From NCBI GenBank assembly GCA_028534125.1, contig CM052817.1, positions 57,662,001 through 57,726,000 of the forward strand: 64,000 nucleotides of DNA, given 5' to 3'. The translations under genes and the position numbers were made by a program. Below are positions 12,412-25,650 of the stretch, in pieces. Under the pieces are notes generated by a model, which saw nothing but the letters and a program-made list of their open reading frames with translations, was not told the DNA's origin and made no database searches. How positions within the stretch are numbered: the first letter of the stretch is position 1; each line of letters opens with the position of its first letter. The stretch comes from Lama glama. Lineage: Eukaryota.

Positions 12412-14659
12412 ACTGTTTCTTCACACCTTACATGTTTAGGATATGCTCTCCTAGAATATGGTCTTCCCATCTGAAGGGAAGCGTCTTTCAAATTCTCCAT
12501 TTTTAACCTCTAATTCACTAGTTTTCTAATGCCAGAAATGCATTACATTAAATCATGAACAGCTTACAGAGAAGAGTTTAAACATAGAATTATATTTGTC
12601 ATTTCCCCTAAATGTTAATGAATTTAGTAGGTTATTTCTAGTAATATTTGAATTATACAGAAATTAGGGACTTAAAAGAATGAATTTATAAAGAATAAAG
12701 AAGTTGGTGCAGAATGGCTCCAAAGATGTATTTCATGTGTATAACTGGTCAAATAGAGCCATTTATTTAGTAGGTGAAGACTATTAAAGAGCTGCTAGTT
12801 AGAGAGCATAATACTCAGATTATTGTAGAGTAGCAAAGATTTGCAAATTACTAAGGAAATTATCTAGCTAAGGTAATACATTAAAAGAAAAATTGCCATG
12901 AAGCGATGGATCAAGAAGAGCAAATGTAGTACAGAATGGTCCCCATCCCTACTTCCAACAACTCAAAAACACTTTTGGAGGATTCAGACAGTCATAAGAA
13001 GCCACAGTAGCTAGGGACATGAGAGAAAGTAGACAGAGAGAAAAGGGTGTTATGAGGAGGAGATTGAGAGAGGTAGACAGAGACACACACACATAGAGAG
13101 AGAGTGATGATCCATTATAAAAACTCAGGACACCTTAGACAACAGTCAAGGGAAGGATTGCAACGGGGTATTGGCAGTCATCTTTTTCTAAATGGTCTAC
13201 ACCTTCCTCAGGCAAAGACCTTACAAGTTTGGGAGGTGAAAGGGACTAATGCTGAAAGGAACAAAGACCATTCATTTTTAAGAAGCTAATAAGGAGATTT
13301 TTGGTGGAAATTCTGGGGGACTATGTTGCCCAATAGTGCCTTTGCGTTGGGTGTGGACTTTGGTTCTGAAAAGCTAAGGAGAGAGAAGTTTCCAAAAGAG
13401 AAGCATTAGGAAGATTAACAGCAGGTCTTACTTCTAAGATGTTGAGTTCAGATTTTAGGCATCGAACAAAAGGATGAGGAAAATGTTAGGATGTAAAGCC
13501 CTTTTTTATGATTACAAATATGTATTTTCTGGAACATCCACTGTAGCCAGATAGTCAGAGGTGACCTTCAATGGTGTGGGGCAGTATGAAAGCCAAAAAT
13601 AAGGAAGATCCACCAGAGAACATTTTCTGTCCAACCTGCTTTGAACACTTTTTGAATTAGGGGACACAGGAAGGAGAAGAGAAGGTTGATCTGTATATGC
13701 TATGACCCCAAATGGATCATCTGATCCAAATTCCAGTATTTACAAAGAAGATATGAGTTCACCCAACCAGCTTTTGAAATAAATAACCATACGTGTAAAT
13801 CAATAAGTAGAATTCACAGAATTTCCGAGGTGAAAAGGAAATAAGAGAAAATCTGATTCAGCTTCTGTCTCCAAATGAAGTCCTTTTACTGATGATGAAA
13901 ACCATGTCTCCATTTGAACATTTCCTTTCTGCATGAACTCCTTTCTGTCCCAAACTATTTTGGGGTAACTCTTATTGTGAAAAGGTTCAGCCTTGGATTC
14001 TGCTACACTTTACAACTTCCATCTGCCCTGGCTCTTCTCTGGATGCCATTTCCATTTAAGTATTTATGTCCATACAGAATGCCATTCCTAAGTGTTCTCC
14101 TTCCCACACTAAGCACTCTCAAATCTTGCATCTGGTGCCTAAATAGTTTCATCCCCAGACTCTTCCCCATCTCTGGGTGCTTCATACTCACTTAGTTGAA
14201 TGTGGACAATGTCCATGCCAAGAAAAATGAAAAAGAAGAGAGAGCTGTCTAGTTGGTAGACAGCATTGAAGAGTGAAATAATGATATTTATTATGACAAA
14301 ATTGGTCTAGACATTCAAAGTGATAACTGGATGGTAAATTATCAGGTAAAATTGCAGCTAGTATAGGTAGCAAGCCACCTTAGAGATAATAAAGCCAGAA
14401 TTAGGAAGATCGATCTGACAGATTTGCAGCTAGACTCAGGGGTTCAAGAAGACAGGGAGAGGGCAACAAATATGTATTGTATCAGACACCCAGAGCGAGA
14501 AGAGTGGGTGACCCAGGACACATGGTAGGGCCACTAGCAAATCAGTTTATGTTCACTGATTACTTTAAAAAATGGCATGGAAACAATAAAATGGTGCAGA
14601 ATAGATATAGAAAAACCATTCTAATAATCATGGATGCTCCTTTTCCAGTAAATTTTTAT

Positions 14660-15540
14660 ATTATATAAATTATGCATGTGTATTTTAAAAACTCAAAAGT
14701 CAAAAAACTCTATGGAAATAGTAAAACTTACCTGAAATCACCCTATCAGGAGAAAACTGTATTTACCACTTGGTGATTATTTCTTTTAGCACATCCCTTT
14801 TTGCACACACATGTGCATATGTTGTATTACTCACCTGGGTCACGTCAAATACACTATTTTCTATGAACACTTTAACTTTTCAAACTTTTTTTTCCTAAAT
14901 AGCTCTCTTCCTTTCCTCTTCTGTTCTTTTGTCCCACCAATAGGTGATCTATGTTACAAACCTCATGTGTTACTTTCCATATATATTGTCATGCTCAAAA
15001 TCATATATACATATGAGGCTTTATTTAGTCATTGTTTTATGAATGTGGAATTATATACATGTTCCTACAACTTAATGTTTTTCTTTAAACTCCTCTGGTT
15101 TGTTAAGTGGAGCTTGAATGCATTCTTTTTTATGGTTGTCTAATACCCCATGGTAGAAATGTATTAGTCTTTTTATTCTCCTGCTGAATGGCATTCTCTT
15201 TGTTTCAGCCTTTTGCCATGATAAATGTGGAATAATCATCCTTGTATATTTAGCCTTACTCATCGATACTTTTATTGCTATGGGGTAATTTCCTGGGAGT
15301 GGGATTGCTAGGCCTACAGCCGTGTACATTTTAAATTTTTAATAGACACTGCCAGCTGTCTTTCCAAAAAGCTGTTGCAACAGTCCACATTTCCATCTTT
15401 TTCTTCTTACATCCCTGCCAGTAGTGGGTGTTATTACTGTTTCATTTCTAGCAGGGATGACGGTTATTATTATAATCTGCATTTTTTTTCCGACTACTAG
15501 TAACTACCTACTCATACCTTTGGTCATTTTTTATTATATG
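14660..15540 (-). mobile_element. L1ME-type 3' region fragments
   Basis: tttcctgggagtgggattgctagg...tacattttaaattttaatagacactgccag is antisense ORF2 end / 3' UTR. Confidence 0.75.
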
Positions 15541-16744
15541 CCTGATTATTAGGATTTAAATAAAAACAATTTAATACATAGTCTGCATCATCAGGAATAA
15601 ACACAGTATGTGGAGGAAGATGAAACTGGTAAACACACTGTCTGTGATAACAAGCCTTCCATGAACCTCTGTGACACTGCTGATCCTGAGGCAGTTAGAG
15701 CCTGCCAAGGTCTGTCAGCGCCCCAGAAGCACAGGTGGATGGCCTGAAGGGAATCTGGCCACTGGTAGAAAGCTGATGTTCAAATAGTTTCTGTTTTATA
15801 GGATATACATAATTTTTAAAAACAAGTAAGTGGTTGGGTTAAAGGATTTAAAGATAGAAGGAAGCAATGGTATAGGTGGTAGAATGTGGCTGGACTCACC
15901 ATGCCAACACACAGTGCCCACATCCTGGGAGGGAACGTGCAAAACGGCGAGTCACTGAACATTCCAGGGACCTGGTTGTCATGATGGGCCACGTGCAAAA
16001 GCGAAGGCAAGAGAAAGCAGACATTTCGATGCAGATTGTGCACATCTGTGCTAGAGGTGCCTTTTGAAGGCCCTGCTGCTGCTTATGCCTAATTCTGCTT
16101 CAAAGCCAATACTCCTCAGGGTCACGCCAGCAGCACAAGACCTGGGATGACCCTCTGACCTCTCAACTCCAAGAGAGGTGTGCTTCACATTACCGGGCAG
16201 ATGGCTATTTGCAAAATAACTAGGTGTTGCTTCAGGCCAAATGTATTAGGCTAGGTTATTCTTTATTCTGAACCTCTTATCCATTCACATGTTCACTTTC
16301 AATTCCTATGCATTAATACAGTCATGCATTTTTGATTCAATCCAAAGGTGAATTGTTCAAGATCAGTTGGATCATCTGGCTTCCACAGTGGTGATAAAAT
16401 TGTCTTTCATGCCACTGATGAGAGCATTCAGTGTTCCTTGAGCTTCAATAATTTAAATATATCTTAAGATGCTGATTTTACAGTCTGTATGGTAGAATTT
16501 TAGGAAGGGAAGTAAAAATAAAGCAACTGTGAGAATAAATTGAATGGATTATTAAAAAAACAAAAACAAAACAAAACAGAAAAACCCCTTACTTAACAGG
16601 TTTTGACTGAAGTTTGAAAACATGCTTTCACACACAGATCCCTTGGTAAAGGGCAGAAAATAAAGGAGTAAGGCATTTAAGAAAATTTGCTGATCAGTCA
16701 TTGGTTGCCCATAAGTTACACTGATACAAGAGTGCCCCCCTAGG

Positions 16745-17332
16745 AAGGCAGTGTATGATTATAATTTTATTATAAGAAATGGAGGCAAATTAGAGCCAGC
16801 CAAAGGAAGAGATGCAAAGGGCAGACTCTGGAACTGGGAGTTCCAAACTTCAAGCCGCCATGTCCTCAGGGACACATTACTGTTCTGGCATGGCTAACGT
16901 GAACTGGGGAAGCTTACCTCACTCTGGTGTCCAGAGATTTTATTGAAGCTTCATTACAGAGGCTGTACTGACTGAATGATGGCCCCAGAGGTTGAACTGG
17001 TTCTCCAGGCCCCTTCCTGTGGGAGGTCAGCTGATGTCACTTGGCTCGAAGTTCCAGCCTTCTAATCACATGGTTGTGGTTGTCTTTCTGGCATGGCCAT
17101 CCCCGTCCTAGGACTGCTGATGTGGCTCTGCCCACACTGAGCCATCTCGATAGCATAAACTATCAGATGTGGTCCAGGGGCCCTGCCGTGAATGTCCTAG
17201 GCACCCCTATCACCTGGGAAATTCCAAGGATTTTAGAGGTTATCTCCCAGGAGTGAGAGGAGCAGGGTGGGGGTGGGGGGAGAACTCAAAAAGCCAGACT
17301 TCTCTTTAGGTAAGATTAGTTTTCACTACACA
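16745..17332 (-). mobile_element. ERVL LTR, MER21-family-like
   Basis: cagccaaaggaagagatgcaaagggcag, ggtgtccagagattttattg and cctatcacctgggaaattccaaggattttagagg; ends ...actacaca. The left boundary is uncertain. Confidence 0.75.
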
Positions 17333-18778
17333 GATGTTTCTATTATTTTAAGAGGCTGCATGTTCATATTGAAATGATGCTGCTTTTGTGAAATGTAACT
17401 AAAAGGGGTTAAGAAATCCACGTCCAGGGAAAGAACTAGCCCAGTGAAAGGATTTGAAAGGTGACTGGGAGAATGGATAGTTGCTGAAGATCACAGCCTC
17501 TCGACTGAGTTCACTCCTCAGTATACCTGTTACCTGAGAGAGATGGTCATATTTTGAACCTGGGTTTCTACAAAATCAAAGTCCAATTTCTTTCCATAAC
17601 TCATGTGGTGATACTTTACATTTTTCTACAGAAATGAAGTTATAGTTTCAGTTTGAAGGCTTAAAAAAATTCTGTGTGCTTAATTTTTTCTTATCCAGGA
17701 TTGGGGATTTTTACCAGTTTATTCAAAATCTTTCATTGTGTAAATTCATTATAGGATGACGTTACTGTGAAAACTTTATAAATAATTTGTAGGACTTTCT
17801 CGTACTGAAAATTAAACTAATGAGAAAAGCTGAATTAACAATAAGCTTCAATATAAACTGCATTAAAAGCTATTTTACTAAAATAAATTTTAAAAGGAGA
17901 ATTGTATCAAAACTGCAAAAGGGATGTAACACAGCTTATGTCACTCTGCACAGCCTGAATATCAACATTATAGCGTACAAAAAATTGACTAGATCAGAAA
18001 GCCAATTTGCAAAACAGTGCTAATAATACAAGTTAGTAAACTTGTTTTATCATATAAGAAGATGGTGGTAGATTGCTCCCACATGAAAAGTATACATGAT
18101 CTTCGTGTGAGTACAGAGAGCTGAGATAGAGAAAGATTGCTTTCATATTTTGTTTTAGGAAAACTTGTGAGACATTAATTTTCATTTATGTTGTAATAAT
18201 CTGAATGATTTTTAATTAATCACTTTAATATGCAGTTATTAAACATCATGCTTTCTCCCTTAGACAAGATTTTGATCTTTCAAAGTAAAAGTTGTTATAA
18301 GTATGAATTTCATATTACAAAGGAAATTGGATTGGAATTCTCAACAAGTCTTTCACTACTTGCCTAAGGATAGGATATTAAGTGGTGAAGCTGTATCTTT
18401 AACTGTTTCAGGAAACTGATTATTTTAAGACTACTCTGAAGTTATTTTAATCTTCCACTTTACTGCACTGCTTCACCTGCTGCTTCCTTTTCTGTTCTCA
18501 TCTCCTCTATCCTAATCTTCCACGTTGGCTTCAAGTCCAGTGACTTCTTTCTATCCAGGTTTACCCTCTTCTGAATGTCCCTGTGTAAGAGTTGACATTC
18601 TCAGGACACTTCCCCTCTATGCTCCTTCCTACTTAAGATATTTATCTCATCTCATTGGTGCAAATGGATTAAATTACTTACCTTTTCCAGGTACCATGTT
18701 TGAATTTCAAGAAGGACTTACTCTCTGAAAATAGTGAGCCAGACCTAAATGCTGGAAGCTTCAAATACTGAAGGATTC

Positions 18779-18918
18779 TTTTTTTTAAATTTCAGGTGTA
18801 CAGAAAAGTGATTTAATTATACATATACATACCTATATGCTTTCTTTTCAGATTCTTTTCCATTTTATGTTATTATAAGAAATTGAATATAGTTCCCTGT
18901 GCTATATAGTAGGTCCTT
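18779..18918 (-). mobile_element. Cetartiodactyl-type L1 3' end fragment
   Basis: T-run then tttcaggtgtacag...gaatatagttccctgtgctatatagtaggtcctt; matches the L1 tails at ~43190-43290 and ~53250-53380 in this window. Confidence 0.85.
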
Positions 18919-18999
18919 AGAGCAGAATTCTCAACTGGAACAGAAACATTTTTCCTACTTGGAACCTGCTTGATTTCCTGTTCATCTGAGCAGCTTTGT

Positions 19000-19195
19000 G
19001 AGGCAGAAGAGGCAAAGTTTAAAAGGTTGGGCATCACCTGAGTTTATAGATCCATCACATTTTAGCTATGTGACCTAATGAAAGTTAGTTAAGCTTAACA
19101 AGATTACTGACCTCATAGGTTTGTGGTAAGGATGAAATGAGATAATGTATGTTAGGTACTTCTCCTGGTGTCTCCCTCATGGTAAATGCTCAAGA
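19000..19195 (+). mobile_element. MIR SINE
   Basis: tagctatgtgacct...acctcataggtttgtggtaaggatgaaatgagataatgtatgt. Confidence 0.8.
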
Positions 19196-19695
19196 NNNNN
19201 NNNNNNNNNNNNNNNNNNNNNNNNNNNNNNNNNNNNNNNNNNNNNNNNNNNNNNNNNNNNNNNNNNNNNNNNNNNNNNNNNNNNNNNNNNNNNNNNNNNN
19301 NNNNNNNNNNNNNNNNNNNNNNNNNNNNNNNNNNNNNNNNNNNNNNNNNNNNNNNNNNNNNNNNNNNNNNNNNNNNNNNNNNNNNNNNNNNNNNNNNNNN
19401 NNNNNNNNNNNNNNNNNNNNNNNNNNNNNNNNNNNNNNNNNNNNNNNNNNNNNNNNNNNNNNNNNNNNNNNNNNNNNNNNNNNNNNNNNNNNNNNNNNNN
19501 NNNNNNNNNNNNNNNNNNNNNNNNNNNNNNNNNNNNNNNNNNNNNNNNNNNNNNNNNNNNNNNNNNNNNNNNNNNNNNNNNNNNNNNNNNNNNNNNNNNN
19601 NNNNNNNNNNNNNNNNNNNNNNNNNNNNNNNNNNNNNNNNNNNNNNNNNNNNNNNNNNNNNNNNNNNNNNNNNNNNNNNNNNNNNNNNNNNNNNN
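19196..19695. other. Assembly gap (500 N)
   Basis: Exactly 500 N, a fixed-size scaffold spacer. Confidence 1.
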
Positions 19696-20711
19696 CAAAG
19701 AAAACAGCTAAATTTTATGGCAGTGATATATCCCAAATAAAAGGTTAGTTTACAGGTTAATGAGCTTTAGACTACAATGGTAATTTTCCCATAAAAATCA
19801 TGTCATTAAATAGTTATTTACAAGATAGGCTTACTCTGTCTCATTGGATTTGATTTCAGCCAGCAGTCCCAAACCCCACCCCTTAATAGTTACCTTCCTT
19901 GGTCCCACAGGGCCCGAAAGCACTTCATTGTTCACTGAACCATAAGATTATAGGAGACCTTAATATTTCATTTTATCAATAATATGATTTCTAGGCAATA
20001 TATCCCTCATCACAATCGTCAGATACAATCAACTATAGTCACCTAGAACCATAACTGTAAGACTGATTAGCAATCAGTCAGATAAATCTAAGATTAGAGA
20101 TTCTCAAAGACCCCAGATTATTTTTTAAAGTAAATGTTTTAAATCTCTGCTTTCTCATAAGGCAGATCTTAATTTTATTTTCAAAATTATTTAAGGCAGC
20201 AAAATTACGTATTAATTTTAAAGACAAAATTCAAAAGCTCTTCCCTTAGTCTATGATCATTAGGGTTGAGAGTCATAAATTTACGTGGTAAATAAAATAG
20301 TAAAAATATCAGCTACTTTTGGAGTTGAACCCTTGATGATTCTGATCACTTAATCTCCATTAAAGATATATATTGATATTTGAAGAAGAAAATCATTTCA
20401 AAATTTTGAGCTTAAGATGATGATAAGGCCTGATTTCCTACATTGTTAAATTTGAGTAAAATATAAGGTAAACAAGAAGACATAAGAGGAGAAATATTTA
20501 ATGAAATAATAACTACATCTAATTATATAATTAAATAGTACTAGTAATTAATAACTACATCTCCATTAAATGCTAAAGAAAAATTTTGTTAGTTGCCCGA
20601 AGAGATAGAAAATGAGGGTCAGAACAATTAGACTCAATTTTCTCATCTAAGGGAAGAAATTTCCCAAGTAGCAGAGACTGAGGCGAGGCAGTCAACACTG
20701 GGTAACACCGG

Positions 20712-20728
20712 GGGACCATCTGGTGGAG
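20712..20728 (-). promoter_or_regulatory. Candidate CTCF core
   Basis: The minus strand reads CTCCACCAGATGGTCCC, one mismatch from CCACCAGATGGC. Confidence 0.4.
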
Positions 20729-21339
20729 CCTCACAACTCATGCACAGATATGTGCCACCCAGGCTAAGGAGCCCCCACAGACAGCTTGAAATTAAAAGTT
20801 GGTCCAGAAAAGCATTAATCAAGTGGTACAAAGCTGCTGCTGTCAGTAGTCAATACTAAGCAATCAGTATAATGACTGTCCAGGTTTTTCATTAAAGTCA
20901 CAAACATTTTGCATATGGTATTGAGAGCTTTGGCTGACAGTGTGGGAGCACCACGGCTTCTGGAAATAAATGTAATAATCATAAACATAATGGAAATTAT
21001 CATTGTAAAATAGGAGAGAAAAAGGCCTTTTCTCAAGTAATATGTGCAAATGTTTCTGTCCACAATGGAAAGCCAATGAAAAAACCCTTATTTGGTGACA
21101 TTATAATTTTCCTTCAACAAATGAAATTAAAGTTGTTAAGGGTCCATTATTTGCAAAATGATACAAATGAAACAAAACCACATAGGACAAGTCTCTAATA
21201 TTCCTTGTTGGAGCAGGAGGTTGGGAAATGAGACTGTGAACTAGAGAAACTATGTTCTTTTGGTTTTAACTAGGTTCCTTGATTTAGGAGCGACTAAATT
21301 CTCACTATAACTTCTACCCTATTTCTGGTCTCCACCCCC

Positions 21340-21737
21340 ATTTCTGGACTGAACTGCATGTCTCCAAATTATATATATTGAAGCCCTAACCCCCCATGTT
21401 ACTACATTTGGATGTTGAGCCTTTAAGATAATTAAGGTTAAATGAGTTCATAGGGTGGGGCCCTCATCCAATAGGACTGGCCCCCTTATCAGAAGAAGAG
21501 ACACCAGAACGCTCTCTTTCCCCACATGTGCACAGAGGAAAGGCCATGTGAGGATACAAAGAAGATGGTGATCTACAAGCCAAAATGAGAGTCTCAACAG
21601 AAACTAACCCTGCAGGTGCCTCAGTCTTGTCCTTTCAGTTCCCAAACTGTGAGAAAATAAATAAGCAACAGAAAGCTACCTGCTGTCTAAGCCATCCAGT
21701 CAGGATTTTACTGTGGCAACCCACTCAGACGAATACA
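21340..21737 (+). mobile_element. MaLR solo LTR (MLT1A-like)
   Basis: tggactgaa...ttgaagccctaacccccca...taattaaggttaaatgag...gaggaaaggccatgtgagga...aataca. Confidence 0.9.
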
Positions 21738-22019
21738 ACCCCCAAATCCCATGTTAACATAGTTATGCCTAAATAGTACAACAGTTAAAGTATTAAATAA
21801 AAACCATTTGGAGAAATGAAAAATTATTCCAATAAGTGACTAATACTTAGTCTGATCTCTGCTACCTGTTCTCTTCCTCCCCCCACCCCTCGGCCTCCGC
21901 CTTCTTTACTGTATTGCTGCTGTTGCTGTAATCACTATTACTAGTACTAGCCATACTCGACACCTGCCATATTCACTCTGTAGCCCCCTCACAAGTGTTC
22001 AGACACACAGTAGTGTGAG

Positions 22020-22210
22020 AACTAATTTTTGTAAACCAGGTTTTCCGTATGTGATATATTGCTATCAAATTCTGAATTGTCATGTCATGTCTAATTAAAT
22101 ATAAGAACAAATTGTCCAAGGTTATAAACTTAGTATTTGGGAGAGCTGGAAATCTACACATTTAGGCTTTCCTTCAAACTTATGGCCTGTTCACTACACC
22201 ATAATGCCTC
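22020..22210 (-). mobile_element. MIR SINE (degenerate)
   Basis: aaattgtccaaggttataaacttagtatttgggagagctggaa antisense MIR remnant. Confidence 0.45.
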
Positions 22211-22269
22211 AGGAGCACAATCGACCCAGACTATTTCCAAATTTGTGTGCTTCACCAAAGCTTATTACA

Positions 22270-22360
22270 TTAGCCCATTTAGTCGGAAGGTAGCATTAAT
22301 GGGTTCGAGTGCAGAGGTCTGATTCCTGTTAGTTTTAATATCCTATATGACCACAATCTT
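22270..22360 (+). mobile_element. Possible MamSINE1 / tRNA-derived head
   Basis: agcccatttagtcggaaggtagcattaatg...gattcctgttagtt...atgaccaca loosely follows the tRNA-derived MamSINE1 head as I recall it. Confidence 0.3.
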
Positions 22361-23317
22361 ACCAGAAACACATCCAACTATTTTTTTATGTTTTTAAACA
22401 AAATAAGTTAAAGTCCAAATATCAACCAGTTATATTTCTGAAAGAACATTTAATCTCTTAATTGGATATCATTTTACTTTTGAATATACAGATATTCTTA
22501 TGTCAAAACTGCAATTTGAAAAAAGTTATCTATCAAGTATTTTTTTAATATATGATAGGTCTTAAAAATAGTAAAAAAATATTTTATTTCAAATTACAGA
22601 ATTTTTTCCTGATATTCATTTGTGGATCTTTTTAGTTCTACTAAGTTATCAATTTCTCAAAATTGATTTGATTTTTTTTAAATAGAGGTTGATATTTTAA
22701 AAATTCTGTCTCTACAGAAAGGTATAAGAAAAGAAACCAGCAATGTCACCACCAAAATTTTTCATTTTATATTGACAGATTAGCACTAGAAAAAAATTCT
22801 TCTAGTCTAAAAATACTCAGGAAAATAAGTGATTATTAAAGTATGGAGAAAATGTTCTATAATATCTGCTTGTTGTAGTTTATTTGGGTATTGTCTGGAG
22901 AAAAATTCATGAGTTTTATAAATACAACTTCATGTAAAATAGACATTTATGTTGAAAAATGATCATTCAAAGCTACAACCAACTGGAATATATAAGCTGT
23001 TGTGGATTTTAGGGGGACTGGTGGGAGGTTAGTTCTAGAAGACATTCTGGTAATAATGAATGTATCTCTTTCTTGGAGAATATAACACTTTTCAGATATC
23101 CCTTTAGGTAATCTTTTTCTATTTACTTTTTGGATCTTTTTTCCCCATTGTTTTATCATTCCTGTTCCTTCTGAATGATTTTATAATTATGCTGGGATAA
23201 GTAAGGGCTTGAATGACAGCAATTGCATTTCATACTAGCAAACTAATTAAGGACATAGTAGGTCCTTGCACTTCATTACAGCACATATGCAATACATCAA
23301 GAGAAGCTGAAAATTCT

Positions 23318-24598
23318 CATTCCCTCACTCCAGACACAAAAATAAACTCAAAATGGCTTAAAGACTTAAATACAAGACACGATAAATCTCCTAGAAGAAA
23401 ACATAGGCAAAACATTCTCTGACATAAATCTTAGCAATGTTCTTCTAGGGCTATCTACCCAGGCAATAGAAATAAAAGCAAAAATAAACAAATGGGACCT
23501 GATTAAACTTATAAGCTTTTGCACAGCAAAGGAAACCATAAACGACAACCTACGAAATGGGAGAAAATATTTGCAAATGATGCAACAGACAAAGGCTTGA
23601 TTCCAGAATATATAAATAGCTCATACAACTTAATAACAAAAAAACAAACAACCCAATCCAAAAATGGGCAGAGGACCTAAACAAGCAATTCTCCAATGAA
23701 GACATACAAATGGCCAATAGGCACATGATAAAATGCTCAATATCACTAATTATCAGAGAAATGCAAATCAAAACTACAGTGAAGTATCACCTCACACCAG
23801 TCAGAATGGCCATCATTCAAAAGTCCATTAATAATAAATGCCGGAGAGGGTGTGGAGAAAAGGGAACCCTCCTACATTGTTGGTGAGAATGTAGTTTGGT
23901 GCAGCCACTATGGAAAACAGTATGAAGATTCCTCAAAAGACTAAAAATAGACCTACCATGTGATCCATCCATCCCACTTCTGAGTATATATCTGGAGAGA
24001 AATCTAATTTGAAAAGATACATGCACCCCAATGTTTGTAGCAGCACCATATACAATAGCTAAGACATGGAAGCAACTTAAATGTCCATGGAGAGATGACT
24101 GGATAAAAAAGTTATGGTATATTTATACAATGGAATACTACTCAGCCATAAAAACGAATAAAATAATGTCATTTGCAGCAACATGGATGGATCAAGAGAT
24201 CGTCATTCTAAGTAAAGTAAGCCAGAAAGAAAAAGAAAAATGCCATACGATATCACTCATATGTGGACTCTAAAAAAAAAAAAGGATACTATGAACACAG
24301 TTACAAAACAGAAACAGACTCACATAGTAAACAACATTATGGTTCCCAGGGAAAAAGGGTGGGAAGGAATAAATTTGGGAGTTTTAGATTTACAAATGTT
24401 AGCCACTATATATAAAAATAGATTTTAAAAGTTTCTTCTGTATAGCACAGGGAACTATGTTCAATATCTTGTAATAACTTTTAGTAAAAACATGCAAAAA
24501 CAAATACATGTATGTATATGCATGACTGGGACATTGTGCTCTACACCAGAAATTGACACATTGTAATTGACTGCACCTCAATTAAAAAATAAATAAAA
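23318..24598 (+). mobile_element. 5'-truncated young L1 (camelid-type): ORF2 C-terminus, 3' UTR and A-tail
   Basis: ORF2 peptide [19 protein letters not shown]...[13 protein letters not shown], then 3' UTR and tail caattaaaaaataaataaaa. Confidence 0.95.
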
Positions 24599-25084
24599 GA
24601 GCTATATTGCTCTCTTCAGTATTTTGGCTAAGATACCTTACAGAGTGTGCTGAAGTACCATCTGTAAAACAGGTTTAATCTCTCCAGTTAGAACTAATCA
24701 CTCCATCCTTTGTATATTTACAGAGCTTTGAAAAGATCTCTGTTCAGGCTATAGCAAATGCTTTCATATTATGTGCATGTGTGTGCTTCTGGGTTAAGTA
24801 TGTATTTCTAGAAATCACCTTGTATTTTCAGGTGTTGTGTAAGTATCTAGAATGCAGGTGAAACAAAGAACTTCTCCCAATAAAAAGAATCATATCTCTT
24901 TGAGAGTCAGCCCATTAAATAGCTGTAATTGTTATACAGTGTTGTTATATTGACCTGAATTTTCTCTCTTTATAGGATCTAACTAGAGACCCTTGTTGTT
25001 TTCTTGAGACAATGCACAAACCTTGTTTGACGTGAATTTATTTCATATGCAATTATTAAATCAATCGATGACATTTCCCCACTC

Positions 25085-25280
25085 TATTTCCCTCTTCTGG
25101 ATGCTAAATATCCCATCCCTAGTTTCTCCAAACTGAAATCATGGGACATAATTTCAATACTTTTATAAAACCTCTTGGTTCTTTTCATTTAAAAATATTT
25201 TATGTATATCCAGATATCTTAGAAAAATGGTTCTCAGAACTGAAATTGTATGTATTTAAACATATAAAGCAGGACTCATC
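25085..25280 (-). mobile_element. Possible CR1/L3 LINE fragment
   Basis: gctaaatatccc...gacataatttc...aaaatggttctcagaactgaa resembles antisense L3 RT C-terminal sequence. Confidence 0.4.
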
Positions 25281-25517
25281 TTGTTCCAGGAACTTTATTC
25301 CCAAAAGGAATCACCTGTCTGTTACAGGTTTACATGTAAAATCTGACCGTATACTCCTTCAGACTGGGAAAACTATCTCTCATGGGAAGATAATAGGTGC
25401 TATATACATACACAACACATATATGTAACTTGTTCTTTGGTCAAATTAGCTTGTAAAGATTTCAGTTAATTGAGGTTTCAACAAGTCTAAATTTAACAGG
25501 TTTTTTAAATTGTAGAA

Positions 25518-25650
25518 CATACCAGAACCTTTGCTATGCTACTGTGCCTGAGGCCCCTCTGAGGGATGAATATAGTTAGGTGTTTCCCAAGTTTTTTTTA
25601 ACCCCAAAACTCTGTTCACAGAGTGTCTTGCAGGACACATTTTGGATTAA
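25518..25650. mobile_element. hAT-Charlie MITE fragment (MER117-like)
   Basis: cagaacctttgctatgcta...gaatatagt...tgtttcccaag...ttcacagagtgtcttgcaggac. Confidence 0.45.

Noticed and set aside
12377..12425. T25 as an orphan poly(A) insertion with a TTCTTCA TSD
   Set aside because: The repeat does not extend to the junction (gc vs ca), so expansion by slippage is the simpler explanation.
13000..13620. Purine-rich LTR-like stretch
   Set aside because: I could not match it to a family or find termini or a TSD, so it is left unannotated.
19145..19748. Long ORFs in the ORF track (also 36526-37251)
   Set aside because: They are artefacts of translating N runs.
20946..20962. REST/NRSE-like GAGCACCACGG
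   Set aside because: The right half-site GGACAG is missing.
23213..24581. ORFs with L1 ORF2-like peptides (also 33235-33531, 39815-40141, 53653-54101)
   Set aside because: They are fragments of truncated, frameshifted L1 copies, not host genes or competent elements.
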